In this document: positions 1 to 12,054 of the stretch, piece by piece
Position numbering within the stretch: the first letter of the stretch is position 1
Layout: each line of letters begins with the position of its first letter
Notes under the pieces: generated by a model
Database searches by the model: none
What the model was told of the DNA's origin: nothing
The model's input: the letters and a program-made list of their open reading frames with translations, nothing else
Made by a program: the position numbers and the translations under genes
Origin: Escherichia coli
Lineage (GTDB): Bacteria; Pseudomonadota; Gammaproteobacteria; Enterobacterales; Enterobacteriaceae
Assembly (NCBI RefSeq): GCF_050920415.1
Contig: NZ_CP169309.1
Direction: 5' to 3' (one strand)
DNA length: 64,000 bases

Positions 1-477
<477 letters not shown>

Positions 478-663
478 ACAACGCCGAAGATGTTTTGGCG
501 GATTGAGAGAATTTCAGCTTGGATCCAGAGTCCGAAGGATTTTGCGCTGAGACAAGGCGGCAAATGAAGCGAAGGAAGGAGCATACTGAAGTATGTGACT
601 GATTTTCGCGAATGCAGCCAACGCAGTATCAGCACAAAAGACACAGGACAGAGCACAGGAATT

Positions 664-783
664 TGCCTGGCGGCCGTAGCGCGGTGGTCCCACCTGACCC
701 CATGCCGAACTCAGAAGTGAAACGCCGTAGCGCCGATGGTAGTGTGGGGTCTCCCCATGCGAGAGTAGGGAACTGCCAGGCAT
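664..783 (+). rRNA. rrfD: 5S rRNA (120 nt, canonical sequence)
   Basis: TGCCTGGCGGCCGTAGCGCGGTGGTCCCACCTGACCCCATGCCGAACTCAGAAGTGAAACGCCGTAGCGCCGATGGTAGTGTGGGGTCTCCCCATGCGAGAGTAGGGAACTGCCAGGCAT recognised as E. coli 5S. Confidence 0.95.
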
Positions 784-834
784 CAAATTACGAAGAATGG
801 CACTGACCTTTGAGGCAGTTCACTACTCGATAAG

Positions 835-932
835 AGAGTAGGACAAAAGCGAAAGCTTTTGAACGTTGCGAAGCAACGGCCCGAAGGGTGAATCGCGAAG
901 TGATTCATAAACTGCCAGGCATCAAATTAAGC
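835..932 (+). repeat. 5S-distal spacer repeat (copy 1): ...GAGTAGGACAAA..GAACGTTGCGAAGCAACGGCCCGAAGGGTG..ATAAACTGCCAGGCATCAAATTAAGC
   Basis: Near-duplicate of 1243..1343; both end with a copy of the 5S 3'-terminal motif AACTGCCAG(G/A)CATCAAAT. Confidence 0.7.
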
Positions 933-934
933 GT

Positions 935-1010
935 GCTGATATGGCTCAGTTGGTAGAGCGCACCCTTGGTAAGGGTGAGGTCCCCAGTTCGACTCTGGGT
1001 ATCAGCACCA
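935..1010 (+). tRNA. thrV: tRNA-Thr (anticodon GGT)
   Basis: 76-nt GCTGATATGGCTCAGTTGGTAGAGCGCACCCTTGGTAAGGGTGAGGTCCCCAGTTCGACTCTGGGTATCAGCACCA; cloverleaf with encoded CCA; sits between two 5S genes as in rrnD. Confidence 0.93.
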
Positions 1011-1047
1011 CTTTTTAGGTTAAAGTTCGGCAGATTAGAAAAGAATT

Positions 1048-1167
1048 TGTCTGGCGGCAGTAGCGCGGTGGTCCCACCTGACCCCATGCCGAACTCAGAA
1101 GTGAAACGCCGTAGCGCCGATGGTAGTGTGGGGTCTCCCCATGCGAGAGTAGGGAACTGCCAGACAT
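1048..1167 (+). rRNA. rrfF: 5S rRNA, second copy (variant with 3 substitutions vs copy 1)
   Basis: 120 nt, TGTCTGGCGGCAGTAGCGC...GGGAACTGCCAGACAT; differs from copy 1 at positions 3, 12 and 117. Confidence 0.93.
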
Positions 1168-1177
1168 CAAATAAAAC

Positions 1178-1214
1178 AAAAGGCTCAGTCGGAAGACTGA
1201 GCCTTTTGTTTTAT
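1178..1214 (+). terminator. rrn T1-like rho-independent terminator
   Basis: AAAGGCTCAGTCGGAAGACTGAGCCTTTTGTTTT: GC stem, short loop, T-run. Confidence 0.8.
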
Positions 1215-1242
1215 CTGTTGTTTGTCGGTGAACACTCTCCCG

Positions 1243-1343
1243 AGTAGGACAAATCCGCCGGGAGCGGATTTGAACGTTGCGAAGCAACGGCCCGGAGGGT
1301 GGCGGGCAGGACGCCCGCCATAAACTGCCAGACATCAAATCAA
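1243..1343 (+). repeat. 5S-distal spacer repeat (copy 2), with two small hairpins
   Basis: GAGTAGGACAAATCCGCCGGGAGCGGATTTGAACGTTGCGAAGCAACGGCCCGGAGGGTGGCGGGCAGGACGCCCGCCATAAACTGCCAGACATCAAAT; matches the well-known rrnB T1-T2 region architecture. Confidence 0.7.
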
Positions 1344-1345
1344 GC

Positions 1346-1377
1346 GAAAGGCCATCCGAAAGGATGGCCTTTTTGCG
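1346..1377. terminator. rrn T2-like hairpin terminator (possibly bidirectional with yhdZ)
   Basis: GAAAGGCCATCCGAAAGGATGGCCTTTTTGCG: perfect stem plus T-run; lies between the convergent rrn operon and yhdZ. Confidence 0.75.
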
Positions 1378-1396
1378 TTTCGAATCCATGTACAAT

Positions 1397-2155
1397 TTAA
1401 TGGATAACCTGCGATAAAAATGCCCTCGTACGCTCCGATTTAGGATGCGCAAAAAATTCATCAGGTGTAGCTTGTTCCACTATCTCCCCACGATCCATAA
1501 AAATCACCCGATCAGCGACGGTTCGCGCAAATCCCATCTCGTGCGTTACGCACAACATTGTCATACCCGACTGCGCCAGCCCAATCATCGTATCCAGCAC
1601 TTCTTTTACCATCTCCGGATCGAGCGCCGATGTGGGCTCATCAAACAACATAATTTTCGGCTTCATACACAGCGAGCGCGCAATGGCAACACGTTGCTGC
1701 TGACCACCAGAAATCTGTCCTGGAAACTTCTGGGCATGTTCGGCAATTCTCACCCGCTCAAGGTAATGCATCGCCAGAGCTTCAGCCTCTTTCTTAGGCA
1801 TCTTGCGTACCCAAATCGGTGCCAGGGTACAGTTCTGTAGAACGGTCAGATGAGGGAAGAGATTGAAATGCTGAAAGACCATTCCCACTTCCTGCCTGAC
1901 GCGCTCAATATTGCGGATATCTTCATTAAGTTCGATGCCATCCACCACGATCCGTCCCTGTTGATGTTCTTCCAGATGATTAATACAACGAATGGTTGTC
2001 GATTTACCGGAACCAGAAGGGCCACACAGAACGATCCGTTCTCCCGGTTGCACGGTTAAATTTATATTTTTCAAAACATGGAATTGTCCATACCATTTAT
2101 TGACGTTTTCCAGCGTAATCATCGCGTTAGCAGGTTGCAGTAAAATTTGGCTCAT
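1397..2155 (-). CDS. yhdZ: polar amino-acid ABC transporter ATP-binding protein
   Basis: 252-aa ORF with Walker [13 protein letters not shown] signature LSGGQQQR and Walker B; recognised as YhdZ. Confidence 0.92.
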   Translation of the reverse strand: MSQILLQPANAMITLENVNKWYGQFHVLKNINLTVQPGERIVLCGPSGSGKSTTIRCINHLEEHQQGRIVVDGIELNEDIRNIERVRQEVGMVFQHFNLFPHLTVLQNCTLAPIWVRKMPKKEAEALAMHYLERVRIAEHAQKFPGQISGGQQQRVAIARSLCMKPKIMLFDEPTSALDPEMVKEVLDTMIGLAQSGMTMLCVTHEMGFARTVADRVIFMDRGEIVEQATPDEFFAHPKSERTRAFLSQVIH

Positions 2156-2162
2156 AGTGTCC

Positions 2163-3269
2163 TCAATGCGGTGTACGCCCGGTGTTAAAACGTTTTTCCA
2201 GATGTTGGCTATAACGTGACATGCTGAAACAGAAGATCCAGTAAATCAGTGCGGCGAAAACATAACCTTCCGTCGACATACCCAACCAGGCGGGATCAAC
2301 GGTTGCCTGCTGAACGCTACTGAAAAGATCGAACAACCCGATGATGATCACCAGGCTGGTATCTTTGAAGAGTGCGATGATGGTATTTACCAGCCCAGGA
2401 ATCACCAGCTTCAACGCCTGTGGCAAAATAACCAGCCCCTGGGTTTTCCAGTAACCCAACGCCAGCGACTCTGCCGCTTCATATTGCCCTTTAGGCAGCG
2501 CCTGTAATCCGCCTCGCACGACTTCCGCAACATATGCTGACTGAAACAGGATCACGCCAACCAGCGCGCGGATCAATTTGTCGATACTGGTGCCTTCTGC
2601 CATAAACAACGGCAGCATGACCGAAGACATAAACAGAACGGTAATCAGCGGTACACCGCGCCAGAACTCGATAAAAATGACCGATAAGATACGCACAATC
2701 GGCATATGGGAGCGGCGACCTAACGCCAGTAAGATCCCCCACGGCAGCGCCCCCGCAATCCCAACTGATGCAATAATTAAAGTGAGCGTCAGCCCGCCCC
2801 ATTGCCGGGTTTCAACCCGCTCAAGACCAAGAAACCCGCCATACATCAGCCACCAGACAATCAGTGGGTAAATCACCGCCCATACCGCAATATAGCGACC
2901 GCGATGCGGGAGTATTTTCCAGAACATTGGTGCGATAGAAACAAGGCCAATCAGTAATGCCAGGTTAATTCGCCAGCGTTGGTCGTGTGGGTAGAGCCCA
3001 TACATAAACTGACCGAATCGTTCGTGGATGAAGACCCAACAGGCACCTGCTTTTGTGCAGTCGGCACGCGTTGAGCCAACCCAATTAGCCTGCAAAAATG
3101 CCCAGTTCAGCAACGGTGGGATCAGTTCCCACATCAACCATATGCAGCCAATAGTCAGCAGGCTATTGCTCCAGCTGGAGAACAGATTTTTTCGCACCCA
3201 CACCATCGCGCGGCTTGAGTTATGGCTCGCCGGGCGCGGGGGATGAGACAGCAATACTTTTGTCATCAT
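2163..3269 (-). CDS. yhdY: amino-acid ABC transporter permease
   Basis: 368-aa polytopic membrane ORF; operon position between yhdZ and yhdX. Confidence 0.9.
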   Translation of the reverse strand: MMTKVLLSHPPRPASHNSSRAMVWVRKNLFSSWSNSLLTIGCIWLMWELIPPLLNWAFLQANWVGSTRADCTKAGACWVFIHERFGQFMYGLYPHDQRWRINLALLIGLVSIAPMFWKILPHRGRYIAVWAVIYPLIVWWLMYGGFLGLERVETRQWGGLTLTLIIASVGIAGALPWGILLALGRRSHMPIVRILSVIFIEFWRGVPLITVLFMSSVMLPLFMAEGTSIDKLIRALVGVILFQSAYVAEVVRGGLQALPKGQYEAAESLALGYWKTQGLVILPQALKLVIPGLVNTIIALFKDTSLVIIIGLFDLFSSVQQATVDPAWLGMSTEGYVFAALIYWIFCFSMSRYSQHLEKRFNTGRTPH

Positions 3270-3275
3270 GACTCC

Positions 3276-4457
3276 TTAGCGTTCAACGATCGCGATGCGG
3301 CGGTTATAGATATTCATCAGCAGCGAGATAGTCAGGCTGATAATCAGATAGACCGACATGGTCATGGCTATCGTCTCGATGGCTTGCCCCGTCTGGTTCA
3401 GCACGGTGCCAGCAAACAGCGAAACCATATCGGGATAGCCAATAGCGGCGGCAAGAGAGGAGTTTTTGACGATGTTGAGATACTGGCTGGTTAACGGTGG
3501 AATAATCACCCGCAGTGCCTGGGGAATAATGACCTGGCGTAGCGTAACCGGGTTGGGTAATCCCAGTGACCGAGCAGCTTCATGTTGACCATAAGGCACT
3601 GCCTGGATCCCAGCGCGGATAATCTCGGCGATAAATGCAGAGGTATAAACCGAAAGTGCCAGCGTTAAGGCTGCCAGTTCAGGAATTAAAACCATCCCGC
3701 CACGGAAGTTAAAGCCTCGTAGGGCTGGAACATCCCAGTGTAGTGCTGCGCCAAAAAGCCATTGCGCCAGTAAAGGCAAACCGATGATCAACACAACGGC
3801 GACCGGCCAGGTTCGGCGCAATTGTCCGGTCTTTATCTGGTACGTTTTATTAAAACGGAATATTCCAACAGAAATGGCTATAGCAATAACAACAGTCAGG
3901 ATAAACGCAATAAATCCGTCTCCCAGCTGCGGCGACGGAATATAAAGCCCACGATTGCTTAAAAAGGCCAGATCAAACGCACTCACTGCCTGGCGTGGTC
4001 CGGGCAAATTGCGCAACACGGCAAAGTACCAGAAGAAGATTTGCAGTAGCGGCGGAATATTACGGAAGATCTCAATATAAATTGTGGAAAGCTTTCGTAG
4101 CAGCCAGTTATCCGAAAGTCGTGCCAGACCGATAAAGAAGCCCAGAACAGAAGCGAATACAATACACAATGCAGAAACCAGCAGCGTATTGAGTAAGCCA
4201 ACAATGAAAACGCGTCCGTAGGTATCACCCTGCTGGTAATCGATCAAATGCTGGACAATACCGAAGCCAGCGCCGCGATCCAGAAAGGCAAAACCCGAAG
4301 TAATGCCACGATTACTGAGATTCGTCACAGTGTTGTGAAATAGCCAACCAACAATGCCGACAACAGCAACAACGGCAAGGATCTGGAATAACCAGGCGCG
4401 AACCGTAGGGTTGGCAAAGGAGAGTGAGCCTTTAACGGTTGAGCGGCGATGAGACAT
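3276..4457 (-). CDS. yhdX: amino-acid ABC transporter permease
   Basis: Membrane permease ORF; the track ORF extends to 4475, internal Met MSHRRSTVKG chosen to match the ~393-aa length I expect. Confidence 0.85.
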   Translation of the reverse strand: MSHRRSTVKGSLSFANPTVRAWLFQILAVVAVVGIVGWLFHNTVTNLSNRGITSGFAFLDRGAGFGIVQHLIDYQQGDTYGRVFIVGLLNTLLVSALCIVFASVLGFFIGLARLSDNWLLRKLSTIYIEIFRNIPPLLQIFFWYFAVLRNLPGPRQAVSAFDLAFLSNRGLYIPSPQLGDGFIAFILTVVIAIAISVGIFRFNKTYQIKTGQLRRTWPVAVVLIIGLPLLAQWLFGAALHWDVPALRGFNFRGGMVLIPELAALTLALSVYTSAFIAEIIRAGIQAVPYGQHEAARSLGLPNPVTLRQVIIPQALRVIIPPLTSQYLNIVKNSSLAAAIGYPDMVSLFAGTVLNQTGQAIETIAMTMSVYLIISLTISLLMNIYNRRIAIVER

Positions 4458-4524
4458 AGAAACCTCGGAAAGCATAACGCTGAAGAGAGCGCCGCCGTAG
4501 CGACGCTCGTTACCTCACACCGAC

Positions 4525-5550
4525 TTAACGCACGGGCGGCGCGTACTGAATACCGCCGTTATTCCAGAGATTATTTTGCCCACGTTTAATCTTCAGGGGG
4601 CTTTCTGAACCTACGTTACGCTCAAAAATTTCCGAGTAATTACCCACCTGTTTGATGATGTTGTAAGCCCATTTATTATCCAGCTTCAGATCTTTACCGT
4701 AATCGCCCTCTTTACCCAGCAGATGCGCCATATCAGGCGTTGCAGGATTAGCCGCTTTTTCATCAACGTTTTGCGAATTAACGCCCATCTCTTCAGCATT
4801 CAGCATGGCGAAAAGCGTCCAGCGCACTATAGAGAACCATTCATCATCGCCACGACGAACTACCGGCCCAAGCGGTTCTTTAGAGATAACTTCCGGTAAA
4901 ACAATCCATTCAGCTGGGTTGCTTAATTTGATGCGCAGGGCATACAGTTGTGATTGATCCGAGGCCAGCGTATCGCAGCGGCCAGATTCCAGTGCCTTCG
5001 CGGATTCGTCAGAGCGATCGAAAGTCACTGGTGTGTACTTCATATTGTTTGCCTTGAAGTAATCGGCGACGTTGAGTTCGGTATCAGTACCCGCCTGAAT
5101 ACAGACTGTTGCGCCATCCAGTTCTTTCGCGCTTTTTAATCCCGCTTTATCGTGCGTCAGGAAACCAATGCCGTCATAATAAGTGACGCCAGTAAATGCC
5201 ATTCCCATACCGGCATCGCGAGAGGAAGTCCAGGTCGTATTACGGGAGAGCAAATCCACCTCCCCTGACTGTAAAGCCGTGAAGCGTTCTTTTGCAGTGA
5301 GCGGGGTATATTTCACTTTCGTGTCGTCACCAAATACAGCTGCCGCAACACCACGACAAACATCTACATCAATACCTGAAAACTTACCGTCAGCATCGGC
5401 ATAAGAGAACCCAGGTAATCCATCACTGATCCCGCATTGCACAAAACCTTTTTTCTGAACGGCATCAAGCGTCGCGCCAGCATGCGCCTGATTTGCAACG
5501 GCAAGCAGCACGCTGGCGGCAGCCAGTGTGGCTATCATCATCTTTTTCAT
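4525..5550 (-). CDS. yhdW: periplasmic amino-acid-binding protein of ABC transporter
   Basis: 341 aa with N-terminal signal peptide MKKMMIATLAAASVLLAVANQAHA. Confidence 0.9.
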   Translation of the reverse strand: MKKMMIATLAAASVLLAVANQAHAGATLDAVQKKGFVQCGISDGLPGFSYADADGKFSGIDVDVCRGVAAAVFGDDTKVKYTPLTAKERFTALQSGEVDLLSRNTTWTSSRDAGMGMAFTGVTYYDGIGFLTHDKAGLKSAKELDGATVCIQAGTDTELNVADYFKANNMKYTPVTFDRSDESAKALESGRCDTLASDQSQLYALRIKLSNPAEWIVLPEVISKEPLGPVVRRGDDEWFSIVRWTLFAMLNAEEMGVNSQNVDEKAANPATPDMAHLLGKEGDYGKDLKLDNKWAYNIIKQVGNYSEIFERNVGSESPLKIKRGQNNLWNNGGIQYAPPVR

Positions 5551-5980
5551 AATGCTTCCTGTGAGGCGAAAATTATCGTTATAGGACGTTTGGGAAACGT
5601 CTTTTACCTGTCTGTGGCCATCCTCTTATAAGCAAAAGTAGTGCCAGCTTTTGCGCACGATTTCGCGTCGCAATAAGCTGAGTGTAGACAGGAAATAATA
5701 AAAACAGCGCCCCGCAATGGTGCGAAAATGAAACATGCGCCACATTTTGGCGCAAAATATTTACGCATTTTTTACTAAGCAGAATAATGATTGTTAGCGT
5801 GAGTATATTTCTGGTAGGAAGTGTGAAAATTAAATTGATGCGTTATTTCGAAAGCAGCGAAATAACGCGATATAACATGCTAAATCAGCAGGGAATTACC
5901 CAGCAGAATATAGCAATATTTTATCTTATGGAGAGATACTGTATCGTTAAACAGAGCGCGGTACTCCGCGCCCTGTTCAG

Positions 5981-6202
5981 TTATTTCGACAGAGCGATGA
6001 TCCCCATCGTCAGGCCAGCAACAGCTGCTGCCCCGCCAGCAATAGCCCCAGCCGTTTCCCAGTTATCCTGAGTCGTGCCTTTCATACAGGTATTGGTGTG
6101 AACCAGTCGACCCTGATCGTCATAAACCGGAACGCAGGGCGAATCGTGAGCACAGCCCGCCAGCAATGCGGTGAGCAATGCTACAGGAATTAATCTTTTC
6201 AT
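5981..6202 (-). CDS. yhdV: small lipoprotein
   Basis: 73 aa with lipobox LLAGC near the N-terminus and Gly/Ala-rich C-terminus; expected position next to acrF. Confidence 0.8.
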   Translation of the reverse strand: MKRLIPVALLTALLAGCAHDSPCVPVYDDQGRLVHTNTCMKGTTQDNWETAGAIAGGAAAVAGLTMGIIALSK

Positions 6203-6454
6203 GGTGTTACCTCAGTAATAAACGCTAACGCTTAATAAGTTAACTCTCTTATTAACGAGCTGAATGCCATTTTATCACTGGAGGTTATAAATCTTGCGGC
6301 ATGAATAATGACAAATTATGTGAATTGTAAAAATAGTGAAGGGAGCGGGAACTATAGAAAGTTTTTAAAGAGTGAGTAGAAGAATATCTTATTAATTTTT
6401 ATGGGTTTCACTGAAAATAATAAAGGCACCCGAAAGCGCCTTTATGTTTCTGAT

Positions 6455-9400
6455 TTATCCTTTAAAGCAACGGCGGATAACCACAAAGAACACCGGCACG
6501 AAGAAGATTGCCAGCAACGTTGCAGAGACCATCCCGCCCATTACCCCGATACCCACTGCGTTCTGCGCGCCACTGCCGGCACCGTTACTGATAGCTAGCG
6601 GTAATACGCCGAGAATAAAGGCGAGAGAGGTCATCAGGATAGGACGCAGACGCATACGTACTGCCACCAGTGTCGCTTCAACAACACCTTTACCCTCTTT
6701 CTCCATGAGATCTTTAGCGAACTCAACAATCAAAATAGCGTTTTTGGCCGACAAGCCAATTGTCGTTAGCAAGCCCACCATAAAGTAGACGTCATTTTTT
6801 TGATTAAAGAGTGTCGCCGCCAGTAGCACGCCGACAATCCCTAACGGCACGACTAACATAACCGAGACAGGAATTGACCAGCTTTCATAGAGTGCAGCAA
6901 GGCACAGGAAAACAACCACAAAGGAAATTGCTACCAGAGCGGGAGCTTGGTTGCCCGATAAGCGTTCCTGATATGACATACCCGTCCAGTCATAACCAAT
7001 GCCAGCTGGTAATTGTGATGCAAGGTTTTCCATCAACGCCATGGCATCGCCGGAACTGGTTCCTGGCGCGGCTTCCCCCTGAATCTCCATTGACGGCAGA
7101 CCGTTGTAGCGCTCCAGTCGCGGAGAGCCATACACCCAATGTGCAGTGGTAAAGGCAGAGAATGGCACCATTTCGCCGTTGGCGCTGCGGACATAAAGTT
7201 TATCGACATCTTCTGGCAGCATACGGAATTTGGCATCCGCCTGAACATACACCTTTTTCACGCGACCACGGTCAATGAAGTCGTTAACGTAAGTCCCACC
7301 CAACGCCGTTGAAATGGTCTGATTGATGTCAGAAAGTGAAACACCTAATGCCTGCGCCTTTTCCTGGTCAACTTCCAGTTTAAACTGCGCGGTGTCTTCC
7401 AGACCATTAGGACGCACGCTGACTAAGCTGGCAGGATGTTGCGCCGCCATGCCAAGCAACTGGTTACGGGCCTGGGTCAGGGCATCGTGACCCAGCCCAG
7501 CCTGATCAATTAACTCAAAGTCGAAACCCGTTGCCGTGCCCAGTTCAACAATGGCTGGCATATTGAATGGAATGACAAAACCGTCGCGGATCTTGCCCAA
7601 TTCCATTTTGGCACGATGGATTACCGCTTCCGCACTGTTTTCGTCACCACTACGCTCTTCCCACGGTTTCAGACTGACGAAAGCCATACCGGCGTTTTGT
7701 GCCTGGCCGCTGAAGCTAAAGCCGTTAACCGTAAAGACACTTTCTACGTTCGCTTTCTCGTTCTTCAGATAGTAATCCGTCACTTGATCCAACACTTTTT
7801 GCGTCCGCTCTTGCGTCGCGCCAGCGGGTAACTGAATCATAGTCAGAAAGACACCCTGATCCTCTTCAGGTAAGAAGGAAGACGGAAGACGTAAAAACAA
7901 CACCACCATTCCAGCAACAATTAGTGCATAGATCAGTAAATATCGTCCTGTGGAACCGAGGATTTTGCCGACGCTGTTGGTGTAGTGGTTAACGCTATGA
8001 TCGAAGGTGGTATTAAACCAGCCGAAGAAACCGCCCTTATTTTCGTGATGCTCAGCAGAGACGGGTTTGAGCAGTGTTGCACATAACGCTGGGGTAAGAA
8101 TCAATGCCACCAGAACAGAAAGCGCCATTGCCGAAACGATGGTGATAGAGAACTGGCGATAAATGGCCCCAGTAGAACCGCCGAAGAATGCCATCGGAAT
8201 AAATACCGCTGACAGCACCATCGCGATACCCACCAGTGCGCCCTGGATTTGCGACATTGATTTTTCCGTCGCTTCTTTTGGCGGGAGCTTATCCTCCATC
8301 ATCACGCGCTCGACGTTCTCCACCACCACTATCGCATCATCGACGAGCAGCCCGATGGCAAGCACCATCCCGAACATAGTTAGTGTATTGATGGAGTAAC
8401 CAAAAGCGGCGAGGATGGCAAACGTCCCTAACAACACCACGGGTACCGCAATGGTGGGGATCAGCGTTGCTCGCATATTCTGCAAGAACAGATACATCAC
8501 CAGGAACACCAGCATAATGGCTTCGAACAGCGTTTTTACCACTTCGTGAATAGAAAGCTGGACGAATGGTGTGGTGTCATAAGGGTAGAGAACCTTCATT
8601 CCCTGCGGGAAGAATGGCTGTAATTCCGCCAGTTTTGCCTTAATGGCTTTCGCGGTATCGAGAGCATTCGCGCCGGTTGCCAGCTTAATACCCAGGCCCG
8701 CCGCCGGTTTACCGTTGATGCGAGCGATAACGTTATAGTTTTCACCGCCAAGTTCAACCCGTGCGACATCTTTCAGGCGTACCACCGAGCCGTCACTGTT
8801 TACGCGCAGGGTCACTTTGCCGAATTCTTCCGGATTTTTTAACCGCGTCTGAGCAATAATCGAGGCGTTCAACTGTTGCCCTGGTAACGCTGGCGTTCCG
8901 CCCAACTGTCCGGCAGCGATCTGATCGTTCTGTACCTTCAACTGGTTAATCACATCAACCGGCGTCAGTTTATATTTGTTTAGCAGATCGGCGTCCAACC
9001 AGATACGCATCGCATACTGTGCGCCGAAAAGCTGTACATCACCGACGCCATTCAGACGGCTAAGCGTATCTTTAACGTTAGAGGCCACATAGTCCGAGAT
9101 ATCGTCCTGTGTGGTGCCTGGGTTATCAGAGACAAAGCCCGCCACCATCAAATAGCTGCTACTGGACTTTTCAACACTGATCCCCTGCTGCTGTACCTCC
9201 TGCGGCAGCAACGGCGTGGCGAGCTGGAGTTTGTTCTGCACCTGCACTTGCGCGATATCAGGATCGGTCCCGGACTGGAAGGTAAGGGTAATTGTCACGC
9301 TACCGGCGGAATCGCTGGTGGAGGACATATACATCAGGTTATCGATACCATTCATATTCTGTTCGATAACCTGCGTCACCGTATCCTGCACGGTCTGCGC

Positions 9401-9559
9401 ATCAGCGCCCGGATAGTTTGCCGAAACAGAAACCGCAGGCGGCGCAATGGTCGGGTACTGGGCGACGGGCAATTGTAGGATCGCCAGTGCGCCCGCCATC
9501 ATCAGAATAATGGCCAGCACCCATGCAAATATCGGTCGTCGAATAAAAAAGTTTGCCAT
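6455..9559 (-). CDS. acrF: RND multidrug efflux pump, inner-membrane transporter
   Basis: 1034 aa, [23 protein letters not shown]... typical AcrB/AcrF family; follows acrE. Confidence 0.95.
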   Translation of the reverse strand: MANFFIRRPIFAWVLAIILMMAGALAILQLPVAQYPTIAPPAVSVSANYPGADAQTVQDTVTQVIEQNMNGIDNLMYMSSTSDSAGSVTITLTFQSGTDPDIAQVQVQNKLQLATPLLPQEVQQQGISVEKSSSSYLMVAGFVSDNPGTTQDDISDYVASNVKDTLSRLNGVGDVQLFGAQYAMRIWLDADLLNKYKLTPVDVINQLKVQNDQIAAGQLGGTPALPGQQLNASIIAQTRLKNPEEFGKVTLRVNSDGSVVRLKDVARVELGGENYNVIARINGKPAAGLGIKLATGANALDTAKAIKAKLAELQPFFPQGMKVLYPYDTTPFVQLSIHEVVKTLFEAIMLVFLVMYLFLQNMRATLIPTIAVPVVLLGTFAILAAFGYSINTLTMFGMVLAIGLLVDDAIVVVENVERVMMEDKLPPKEATEKSMSQIQGALVGIAMVLSAVFIPMAFFGGSTGAIYRQFSITIVSAMALSVLVALILTPALCATLLKPVSAEHHENKGGFFGWFNTTFDHSVNHYTNSVGKILGSTGRYLLIYALIVAGMVVLFLRLPSSFLPEEDQGVFLTMIQLPAGATQERTQKVLDQVTDYYLKNEKANVESVFTVNGFSFSGQAQNAGMAFVSLKPWEERSGDENSAEAVIHRAKMELGKIRDGFVIPFNMPAIVELGTATGFDFELIDQAGLGHDALTQARNQLLGMAAQHPASLVSVRPNGLEDTAQFKLEVDQEKAQALGVSLSDINQTISTALGGTYVNDFIDRGRVKKVYVQADAKFRMLPEDVDKLYVRSANGEMVPFSAFTTAHWVYGSPRLERYNGLPSMEIQGEAAPGTSSGDAMALMENLASQLPAGIGYDWTGMSYQERLSGNQAPALVAISFVVVFLCLAALYESWSIPVSVMLVVPLGIVGVLLAATLFNQKNDVYFMVGLLTTIGLSAKNAILIVEFAKDLMEKEGKGVVEATLVAVRMRLRPILMTSLAFILGVLPLAISNGAGSGAQNAVGIGVMGGMVSATLLAIFFVPVFFVVIRRCFKG

Positions 9560-9570
9560 GTCAGATTGCC

Positions 9571-10728
9571 TTACTTCGATGCAGTATCTGCGGGGGTATC
9601 GGTAGTGGCTTTAACCTGCTCTCCCGGACGCGCTTTTTGCAGGCCGCTGACAATGACTTGATCGCCAGATTTCAGCCCTTCGCTAATCAACCATTTATCG
9701 CCAATCGCCTGGCTGGCAACGACAGGGCGCGCTTCAACCTGACTTTTATCGTTAACAATCAGCACGGTAGCATCACCACGCGGTGTGCGACTAACGCCCT
9801 GTTGCGGGATAAGAATGGCGTCAGGTTGAACGCCTTCATCAATCCGTGCGCGCACAAACATACCTGGCAAAAGCGTATGTTGCGGGTTAGGGAAGACGGC
9901 ACGTAGGGTTATGGATCCGGTGCTTTCATCAACGGTCACATCGGAGAATTGCAACGTACCTTTCAGGGGATAGGTTTGACCGTTTTCCATGACCAACTCT
10001 ACGTTGCTGGTGGCGTTTTCCTTATGCAAATTTCCTTGCTCTACGGATTGCTTCAGCCTCATAAAGTCGTTGCTGGATTGGGTCACATCAACATAGATAG
10101 GATCGAGCTGCTGGACAGTCGCCAGTTCAGTCGTTTGCCCATTAGTGACAAGAGCGCCTTCGGTCACAGTAGATTTGCCGATACGTCCACTAATTGGCGC
10201 AGTCACTTTGGTATAAGCGAGATTGATGCGAGCGCTTTCGACCGTGGCTTTTGCGGCAATCACGGCGGCATCGGCCTGGCGAGCATCAGCAATGGCCTGG
10301 TCGTACTCCTGCTGACTGATGTATTTCGTACCCACGAGCGGAACGTAACGTTTTACCGTCAAATGCGCGATGGCGGCGGCGGCTTCACTTTTCGCCAGTT
10401 CGCCTTTCGCGCTGTCATAACTTGCCTGATAGGTCGCGGGATCGATCTGGTACAGAGACTGGCCTGCTTGCACATCGCTGCCTTCAGTGAAATTGCGACT
10501 CAGTACGATCCCGCTAACCTGTGGGCGAACTTCGGCTATACGGTAAGCATTGGTGCGGCCTGGTAATTCAGTCTTAACTTCTAACGGGGCCGTTTTCACA
10601 ATATGAACGGTAACCTGCGGTTCACCGACGTGAGCTTTCTCTTCTCCCTTATCGTTACAACCGGCGATTAAAGCCGCGGAGATCAGAATAAAGGAGGGCA
10701 GGAGGAAAAACCTGGCATGTTTCGTCAT
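9571..10728 (-). CDS. acrE: RND efflux periplasmic adaptor (membrane fusion protein)
   Basis: 385 aa with lipoprotein signal (LIAGC); acrE-acrF operon. Confidence 0.93.
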   Translation of the reverse strand: MTKHARFFLLPSFILISAALIAGCNDKGEEKAHVGEPQVTVHIVKTAPLEVKTELPGRTNAYRIAEVRPQVSGIVLSRNFTEGSDVQAGQSLYQIDPATYQASYDSAKGELAKSEAAAAIAHLTVKRYVPLVGTKYISQQEYDQAIADARQADAAVIAAKATVESARINLAYTKVTAPISGRIGKSTVTEGALVTNGQTTELATVQQLDPIYVDVTQSSNDFMRLKQSVEQGNLHKENATSNVELVMENGQTYPLKGTLQFSDVTVDESTGSITLRAVFPNPQHTLLPGMFVRARIDEGVQPDAILIPQQGVSRTPRGDATVLIVNDKSQVEARPVVASQAIGDKWLISEGLKSGDQVIVSGLQKARPGEQVKATTDTPADTASK

Positions 10729-11126
10729 TACTATTCCTCAAAAAACCAAAAGCGCGTTATTTACCCAAAAAGGCAACGCGTTAACTCGCAGAAAGAAAAA
10801 TACAGTTCGCTATCCTACAAATTATCATTCGTCGATGTAAGGAATAGTTATGAATACTGGCGTCTCAAGGCACATAAACACAAAAAAAGATTAATATTCT
10901 ACTGTTTTATTTTGACGCGGGTTGAAAGAGGTAGAATCAAATCCTCGTAAATTGAAATATATATTGATAGAGTGAATGTATTTTAGGTAAATAATAAACG
11001 TTATTTATTTGACGATTTATAGCAACTCAATATTAGCCTCTCGTATAAATATACATTAGGTGATAGATTAACCTTCGCTATTTTCTCATCCTGTGTCGAA
11101 TATATTTATTTCCTGAATAATTAATC

Positions 11127-11789
11127 ATGGCAAAAAGAACCAAAGCTGAAGCCCTGAAGACCCGGCAAGAACTGATTGAAACTGCCATCGCCCAGTTTGC
11201 GCAGCATGGCGTAAGCAAGACGACGCTCAACGACATTGCCGACGCCGCTAACGTTACGCGTGGCGCTATCTACTGGCACTTCGAGAACAAGACCCAACTG
11301 TTTAATGAGATGTGGTTGCAACAGCCTTCATTGCGGGAGTTAATCCAGGATCACTTGACTGCTGGGTTAGAGCATGACCCGTTTCAGCAATTGCGTGAAA
11401 AATTGATTGTTGGCTTGCAATATATTGCCAAAATTCCCCGCCAGCAGGCGTTGCTGAAAATCTTATATCACAAATGTGAATTTAATGATGAGATGCTGGC
11501 AGAGGGAGTGATACGCGAAAAGATGGGCTTTAATCCGCAGACTCTCCGCGAAGTATTGCAGGCATGTCAGCAACAAGGTTGTATAGCAAATAATCTCGAT
11601 TTAGATGTTGTGATGATTATTATTGATGGTGCCTTCAGCGGAATTGTTCAAAACTGGTTAATGAATATGGCGGGTTATGATCTTTATAAACAAGCACCCG
11701 CACTGGTCGATAACGTATTAAGAATGTTCATGCCAGATGAAAACATAACGAAATTAATTCATCAAACGAATGAATTAAGTGGCATATAA
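11127..11789 (+). CDS. acrS: TetR-family repressor of acrEF
   Basis: 220 aa with N-terminal TetR HTH; divergent from acrE. Confidence 0.9.
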   Translation: MAKRTKAEALKTRQELIETAIAQFAQHGVSKTTLNDIADAANVTRGAIYWHFENKTQLFNEMWLQQPSLRELIQDHLTAGLEHDPFQQLREKLIVGLQYIAKIPRQQALLKILYHKCEFNDEMLAEGVIREKMGFNPQTLREVLQACQQQGCIANNLDLDVVMIIIDGAFSGIVQNWLMNMAGYDLYKQAPALVDNVLRMFMPDENITKLIHQTNELSGI

Positions 11790-11791
11790 AT

Positions 11792-11971
11792 TCACATTCT
11801 GTCCTGAAAATTCAGTTCGTCACAGTTAACCAGTTTTAGTGGATTAACTGAGTTCATATTGCGGCATTTGTCTGTTTCTGTTGCCAGCAGTTCAATCCAC
11901 TGCATCAGTAAAGTATCAAACAGAAAAACGAAGACAGCGAAAACGACGAGCCACCAATACTTGCGAATCAT
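11792..11971 (-). CDS. yhdU: small membrane protein
   Basis: Track ORF is 68 aa; internal start MIRKYWWLVVFAVFVFLF gives the 59-aa form I recall. Confidence 0.7.
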   Translation of the reverse strand: MIRKYWWLVVFAVFVFLFDTLLMQWIELLATETDKCRNMNSVNPLKLVNCDELNFQDRM

Positions 11972-12054
11972 TACCTGAGCCTGTGCATGTTTAACCAAGT
12001 CTGGCAGGAAATATACACGAAATGAATAATCTGAAAACCAGGCTTACACTTCCT

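Noticed and set aside
478-663. 23S-5S spacer of 186 nt, longer than the ~92-nt rrnB spacer I remember
   Set aside because: rrn operons in E. coli are heterogeneous in their spacers and I cannot verify the rrnD-specific length from memory; both flanking rRNA ends are canonical, so I treat this as natural operon variation.
5551-5980. Possible sigma-54/NtrC-type promoter upstream of yhdW (TGGCGC...TTTACGCA-like strings)
   Set aside because: Spacing between the GG and GC elements does not fit the sigma-54 -24/-12 consensus on the coding strand by my reading; left uncalled.
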